Origin: Eledone cirrhosa
Taxonomy: Eukaryota
Reading direction: 5' to 3'
DNA: 64,000 bases
Assembly (NCBI GenBank): GCA_964016885.1
Contig: OZ024743.1
Span: 299,708,001-299,772,000 of the forward strand
Shown here: positions 57,601 through 64,000 of the stretch, piece after piece
Position numbering within the stretch: position 1 is the first letter of the stretch
Layout: each line of letters begins with the position of its first letter
Program-made: the position numbers and the translations under genes
Notes under the pieces: generated by a model
Told to the model about the DNA's origin: nothing
Seen by the model: the letters and a program-made list of their open reading frames with translations, nothing else
The model's database searches: none

Positions 57601-60600
57601 AGTGATTTGCCGAAGATCATAGATATTTCATTGCATTAAAAATCATATATCTCACTTCGGTGCAATAATAACCAAAATAAGTTATTAGGACAATTAAAAC
57701 GCGTAAAGCGAGTGAGACAGGAGAACAACAGAAAATATAGCATACCGTGGGAGAGAAACAAGCTTCAAAAATTATTCTGTTAGCGTAAGCTAGGTGAATA
57801 TATGAGCGCTTAGAGAATAGTGCCAGCACAAACGAAGGCCATTGAGCAGAGAGAGAAAAAATAGCGTCCGTGAGTGCAGGATGAAATGAAGAGAAGAGGG
57901 AGAAAAACAGTGAGTGAGTGAAAGTGTGAGGAAGAGTTAACGGACAAGACAGAGGGGGGGAAACAGAGAGAATGGGGAACAGTAAGAGAGAGAGAAAAAA
58001 ACACAGAATCGCAGTGGTAAATATATGTATTAAAATATAGAGAAAAATACTGCAGGTAGCACATGGTAACATGTAATAAAATACGTCCCTCATCAGTGAT
58101 TTGCCGAAGATCATAGATATTTCATTGCATTAAAAATCATATATCTCACTTCAGTGCAATAATAACCAAAATAAGTTATTAGGACAATTAAAACGCGTAA
58201 AGCGAGTGAGACAGGAGAACAACAGAAAATATAGCATACCGTGGGAGAGAAACAAGCTTCAAAAATTATTCTGTTAGCGTAAGCTAGGTGAATATATGAG
58301 CGCTTAGAGAATAGTGCCAGCACGAACGAAGGCCATTGAGCAGAGAGAGAAAAATAGCGTCCGTGAGTGCAGGATGAAATGAAGAGAAGAGGGAGAAAAA
58401 CAGTGAGTGAGTGAAAGTGTGAGGAAGAGTTAACGGACAAGACAGAGGGGGAGAAACAGAGAGAATGGGGAACAGTAAGAGAGAGAGAAAAAAAACACAG
58501 AATCGCAATGGTAAATATATGTATTAAAATATAGAGAAAAATACTGCAGGTAGCACATGGTAACATGTAATAAAATACGTCCCTCATCAGTGATTTGCCG
58601 AAGATCATAGATATTTCATTGCATTAAAAATCATATATCTCACTTCGGTGCAATAATAACCAAAATAAGTTATTAGGACAATTAAAACGCGTAAAGCGAG
58701 TGAGACAGGAGAACAACAGAAAATATAGCATACCGTGAGAGAGAAACAAGCTTCTAAAATTATTCTGTTAGCGTAAGCTAGGTGAATATATGAGCGCTTA
58801 GAGAATAGTGCCAGCACGAACGAAGGCCATTGAGCAGAGAGAGAAAAAATAGCGTCCGTGAGTGCAGGATGAAATGAAGAGAAGAGGGAGAAAAACAGTG
58901 AGTGAGTGAAAGTGTGAGGAAGAGTTAACGGACAAGACAGAGGGGGGGAAACAGAGAGAATGGGGAACAGTAAGAGAGAGAGAAAAAAACACAGAATCGC
59001 AGTGGTAAATATATGTATTAAAATATAGAGAAAAATACTGCAGGTAGCACATGGTAACATGTAATAAAATACGTCCCTCATCAGTGATTTGCCGAAGATC
59101 ATAGATATTTCATTGCATTAAAAATCATATATCTCACTTCAGTGCAATAATAACCAAAATAAGTTATTAGGACAATTAAAACGCGTAAAGCGAGTGAGAC
59201 AGGAGAACAACAGAAAATATAGCATACCGTGGGAGAGAAACAAGCTTCAAAAATTATTCTGTTAGCGTAAGCTAGGTGAATATATGAGCGCTTAGAGAAT
59301 AGTGCCAGCACGAACGAAGGCCATTGAGCAGAGAGAGAAAAATAGCGTCCGTGAGTGCAGGATGAAATGAAGAGAAGAGGGAGAAAAACAGTGAGTGAGT
59401 GAAAGTGTGAGGAAGAGTTAACGGACAAGACAGAGGGGGAGAAACAGAGAGAATGGGGAACAGTAAGAGAGAGAGAAAAAAAACACAGAATCGCAATGGT
59501 AAATATATGTATTAAAATATAGAGAAAAATACTGCAGGTAGCACATGGTAACATGTAATAAAATACGTCCCTCGTCAGTGATTTGCCGAAGATCATAGAT
59601 ATTTCATTGCATTAAAAATCATATATCTCACTTCGGTGCAATAATAACCAAAATAAGTTATTAGGACAATTAAAACGCGTAAAGCGAGTGAGACAGGAGA
59701 ACAACAGAAAATATAGCATACCGTGGGAGAGAAACAAGCTTCAAAAATTATTCTGTTAGCGTAAGCTAGGTGAATATATGAGCGCTTAGAGAATAGTGCC
59801 AGCACAAACGAAGGCCATGGAGCAGAGAGAGAAAAAATAGCGTCCGTGAGTGCAGGATGAACTGAAGAGAAGAGGGAGAAAAACAGTGAGTGAGTGAAAG
59901 TGTGAGGAAGAGTTAACGGACAAGACAGAGGGGGAGAAACAGAGAGAATGGGGAACAGTAAGAGAGAGAGAAAAAAAACACAGAATCGCAATGGTAAATA
60001 TATGTATTAAAATATAGAGAAAAATACTGCAGGTAGCACATGGTAACATGTAATAAAATACGTCCCTCATCAGTGATTTGCCGAAGATCATAGATATTTC
60101 ATTGCATTAAAAATCATAAATCTCACTTCGGTGCAATAATAACCAAAATAAGTTATTAGGACAATTAAAACGCGTAAAGCGAGTGAGACAGGAGAACAAC
60201 AGAAAATATAGCATACCGTGGGAGAGAAACAAGCTTCAAAAATTATTCTGTTAGCGTAAGCTAGGTGAATATATGAGCGCTTAGAGAATAGTGCCAGCAC
60301 GAACGAAGGCCATTGAGCAGAGAGAGAAAAAATAGCGTCCGTGAGTGCAGGATGAAATGAAGAGATGAGGGAGAAAAACAGTGAGTGAGTGAAAGTGTGA
60401 GGAAGAGTTAACGGACAAGACAGAGGGGGGGAAACAGAGAGAATGGGGAACAGTAAGAGAGAGAGAAAAAAACACAGAATCGCAGTGGTAAATATATCTA
60501 TTAAAATATAGAGAAAAATACTGCAGGTAGCACATGGTAACATGTAATAAAATACGTCCCTCATCAGTGATTTGCCGAAGATCATAGATATTTCATTGCA

Positions 60601-63600
60601 TTAAAAATCATATATCTCACTTCGGTGCAATAATAACCAAAATAAGTTATTAGGACAATTAAAACGCGTAAAGCGAGTGAGACAGGAGAACAACAGAAAA
60701 TATAGCATACCGTGGGAGAGAAACAAGCTTCAAAAATTATTCTGTTAGCGTAAGCTAGGTGAATATATGAGCGCTTAGAGAATAGTGCCAGCACAAACGA
60801 AGGCCATGGAGCAGAGAGAGAAAAAATAGCGTCCGTGAGTGCAGGATGAAATGAAGAGAAGAGGGAGAAAAACAGTGAGTGAGTGAAAGTGTGAGGAAGA
60901 GTTAACGGACAAGACAGAGGGGGAGAAACAGAGAGAATGGGGGAACAGTAAGAGAGAGAGAAAAAACACAGGATCGCAGTGGTAAATATATGTATTAAAA
61001 TATAGAGAAAAATACTGCAGGTAGCACATGGTAACATGTAATAAAATACGTCCCTCATCAGTGATTTGCCGAAGATCATAGATATTTCATTGCATTAAAA
61101 ATCATATATCTCACTTCGGTGCAATAATAACCAAAATAAGTTATTAGAACAATTAAAACGCGTAAAGCGAGTGAGACAGGAGAACAACAGAAAATATAGC
61201 ATACCGTGGGAGAGAAACAAGCTTCAAAAATTATTCTGTTAGCGTAAGCTAGGTGAATATATGAGCGCTTAGAGAATAGTGCCAGCACGAACGAAGGCCA
61301 TTGAGCAGAGAGAGAAAAAATAGCGTTCGTGAGTGCAGGATGAAATGAAGAGAAGAGGGAGAAAAACAGTGAGTGAGTGAAAGTGTGAGGAAGAGTTAAC
61401 GGACAAGACAGAGGGGAAGAAACAGAGAGAATGGGGGGAACAGTAAGAGAGAGAGAAAAAAACACAGAATCGCAGTGGTAAATATATGTATTAAAATATA
61501 GAGAAAAATACTGCAGGTAGCACATGGTAACATGTAATAAAATACGTCCCTCATCAGTGATTTGCCGAAGATCATAGATATTTCATTGCATTAAAAATCA
61601 TATATCTCACTTCGGTGCAATAATAACCAAAATAAGTTATTAGGACAATTAAAACGCGTAAAGCGAGTGAGACAGGAGAACAACAGAAAATATAGCATAC
61701 CGTGGGAGAGAAACAAGCTTCAAAAATTATTCTGTTAGCGTAAGCTAGGTGAATATATGAGCGCTTAGAGAATAGTGCCAGCACAAACGAAGGCCATTGA
61801 GCAGAGAGAGAAAAAATAGCGTCCGTGAGTGCAGGATGAAATGAAGAGAAGAGGGAGAAAAACAGTGAGTGAGTGAAAGTGTGAGGAAGAGTTAACGGAC
61901 AAGACAGAGGGGGAGAAACAGAGAGAATGGGGGAACAGTAAGAGAGAGAGAAAAAAACACAGAATCGCAGTGGTAAATATATGTATTAAAATATAGAGAA
62001 AAATACTGCAGGTAGCACATGGTAACATGAAATAAAATACGTCCCTCATCAGTGATTTGCCGAAGATCATAGATATTTCATTGCATTAAAAATCATATAT
62101 CTCACTTCGGTGCAATAATAACCAAAATAAGTTATTAGGACAATTAAAACGCGTAAAGCGAGTGAGACAGGAGAACAACAGAAAATATAGCATACCGTGG
62201 GAGAGAAACAAGCTTCAAAAATTATTCTGTTAGCGTAAGCTAGGTGAATATATGAGCGCTTAGAGAATAGTGCCAGCACAAACGAAGGCCATGGAGCAGA
62301 GAGAGAAAAAATAGCGTGCGTGAGTGCAGGATGAAATGAAGAGAAGAGGGAGAAAAACAGTGAGTGAGTGAAAGTGTGAGGAAGAGTTAACGGACAAGAG
62401 AGAGGGGGAGAAACAGAGAGAATGGGGGAACAGTAAGAGAGAGAGAAAAAAACACAGAATCGCAGTGGTAAATATATGTATTAAAATATAGAGAAAAATA
62501 CTGCAGGTAGCACATGGTAACATGTAATAAAATACGTCCCTCATCAGTGATTTGCCGAAGATCACAGATATTTCATTGCATTAAAAATCATATATCTCAC
62601 TTCGGTGCAATAATAACCAAAATAAGTTATTAGGACAATTAAAACGCGTAAAGCGAGTGAGACAGGAGAACAACAGAAAATATAGCATACCGTGGGAGAG
62701 AAACAAGCTTCAAAAATTATTCTGTTAGCGTAAGCTAGGTGAATATATGAGCGCTTAGAGAATAGTGCCAGCACAAACGAAGGCCATTGAGCAGAGAGAG
62801 AAAAAATAGCGTCCGTGAGTGCAGGATGAAATGAAGAGAAGAGGGAGAAAAACAGTGAGTGAGTGAAAGTGTGAGGAAGAGTTAACGGACAAGACAGAGG
62901 GGGAGAAACAGAGAGAATGGGGGAACAGTAAGAGAGAGAGAAAAAAACACAGAATCGCAGTGGTAAATATATGTATTAAAATATAGAGAAAAATACTGCA
63001 GGTAGCACATGGTAACATGAAATAAAATACGTCCCTCATCAGTGATTTGCCGAAGATCATAGATATTTCATTGCATTAAAAATCATATATCTCACTTCGG
63101 TGCAATAATAACCAAAATAAGTTATTAGGACAATTAAAACGCGTAAAGCGAGTGAGACAGGAGAACAACAGAAAATATAGCATACCGTGGGAGAGAAACA
63201 AGCTTCAAAAATTATTCTGTTAGCGTAAGCTAGGTGAATATATGAGCGCTTAGAGAATAGTGCCAGCACAAACGAAGGCCATTGAGCAGAGAGAGAAAAA
63301 ATAGCGTCCGTGAGTGCAGGATGAAATGAAGAGAAGAGGGAGAAAAACAGTGAGTGAGTGAAAGTGTGAGGAAGAGTTAACGGTCAAGAGAGAGGGGGAG
63401 AAACAGAGAGAATGGGGGAACAGTAAGAGAGAGAGAAAAAAACACAGTATCGCAGTGGTAAATATATGTATTAAAATATAGAGAAAAATACTGCAGGTAG
63501 CACATGGTAACATGTAATAAAATACGTCCCTCATCAGTGATTTGCCGAAGATCATAGATATTTCATTGCATTAAAAATCATATATCTCACTTCGGTGCAA

Positions 63601-64000
63601 TAATAACCAAAATAAGTTATTAGGACAATTAAAACGCGTAAAGCGAGTGAGACAGGAGAACAACAGAAAATATAGCATACCGTGAGAGAGAAACAAGCTT
63701 CTAAAATTATTCTGTTAGCGTAAGCTAGGTGAATATATGAGCGCTTAGAGAATAGTGCCAGCACGAACGAAGGCCATTGAGCAGAGAGAGAAAAAATAGC
63801 GTCCGTGAGTGCAGGATGAAATGAAGAGAAGAGGGAGAAAAACAGTGAGTGAGTGAAAGTGTGAGGAAGAGTTAACGGACAAGACAGAGGGGGGGAAACA
63901 GAGAGAATGGGGAACAGTAAGAGAGAGAGAAAAAAACACAGAATCGCAGTGGTAAATATATGTATTAAAATATAGAGAAAAATACTGCAGGTAGCACATG
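42686..64000 (-). repeat. ~495-bp tandem satellite, about 43 units, continuing past the window end; each unit carries an HHR-like motif on the minus strand
   Basis: Period 494-497 bp with highly similar units; diagnostic variants reveal higher-order duplications. Confidence 0.97.
42743..42843 (-). ncRNA. Putative non-canonical (scrambled-order) hammerhead ribozyme, first unit; repeated every ~495 bp
   Basis: Minus strand: GTCC TAATAAC..GTTATTA TTGCA CCGAAG tg AGATAT-A-TGATTT ttaa TGCAA T GAA-ATATCT atgat CTTCGG c AAATCA-CTGATGA-GGGAC. Confidence 0.62.

Noticed and set aside
42769-63999. Dozens of repeated 70-165 aa minus-strand ORFs resembling a tandem gene family
   Set aside because: They are satellite translations. 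Frames fuse and split with homopolymer indels, the composition is low-complexity, and no domain is recognisable.

Overview
Gene-free, repeat-saturated animal genomic DNA. The very long (TA)n tracts and the SINE types suggest a cephalopod such as Octopus (inference). No host gene is supported, and almost all short ORFs in the track are microsatellite or satellite artefacts. The window holds: a near-intact Penelope-like element (PLE; RT plus GIY-YIG) with a head-to-head inverted partial copy (0.5-7.1 kb); a 5'-truncated CR1-group LINE; two Hydra-clade-like PLEs; RTE fragments; SINEs; and many hammerhead-ribozyme (HHR) elements inserted in (TA)n. The HHR elements include a 467-bp retrozyme-like tandem array with a central inversion and several small fold-back insertions. 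Most notable is the ~495-bp satellite (about 43 units, 42.7 kb to window end). Each unit carries on the minus strand a complete hammerhead core whose three strands occur in an order matching none of types I, II or III. A diverged solo element at 10.8 kb has the same motif with identical spacing and compensatory helix changes, suggesting an undescribed pseudoknotted HHR/retrozyme class mobilised by PLEs.
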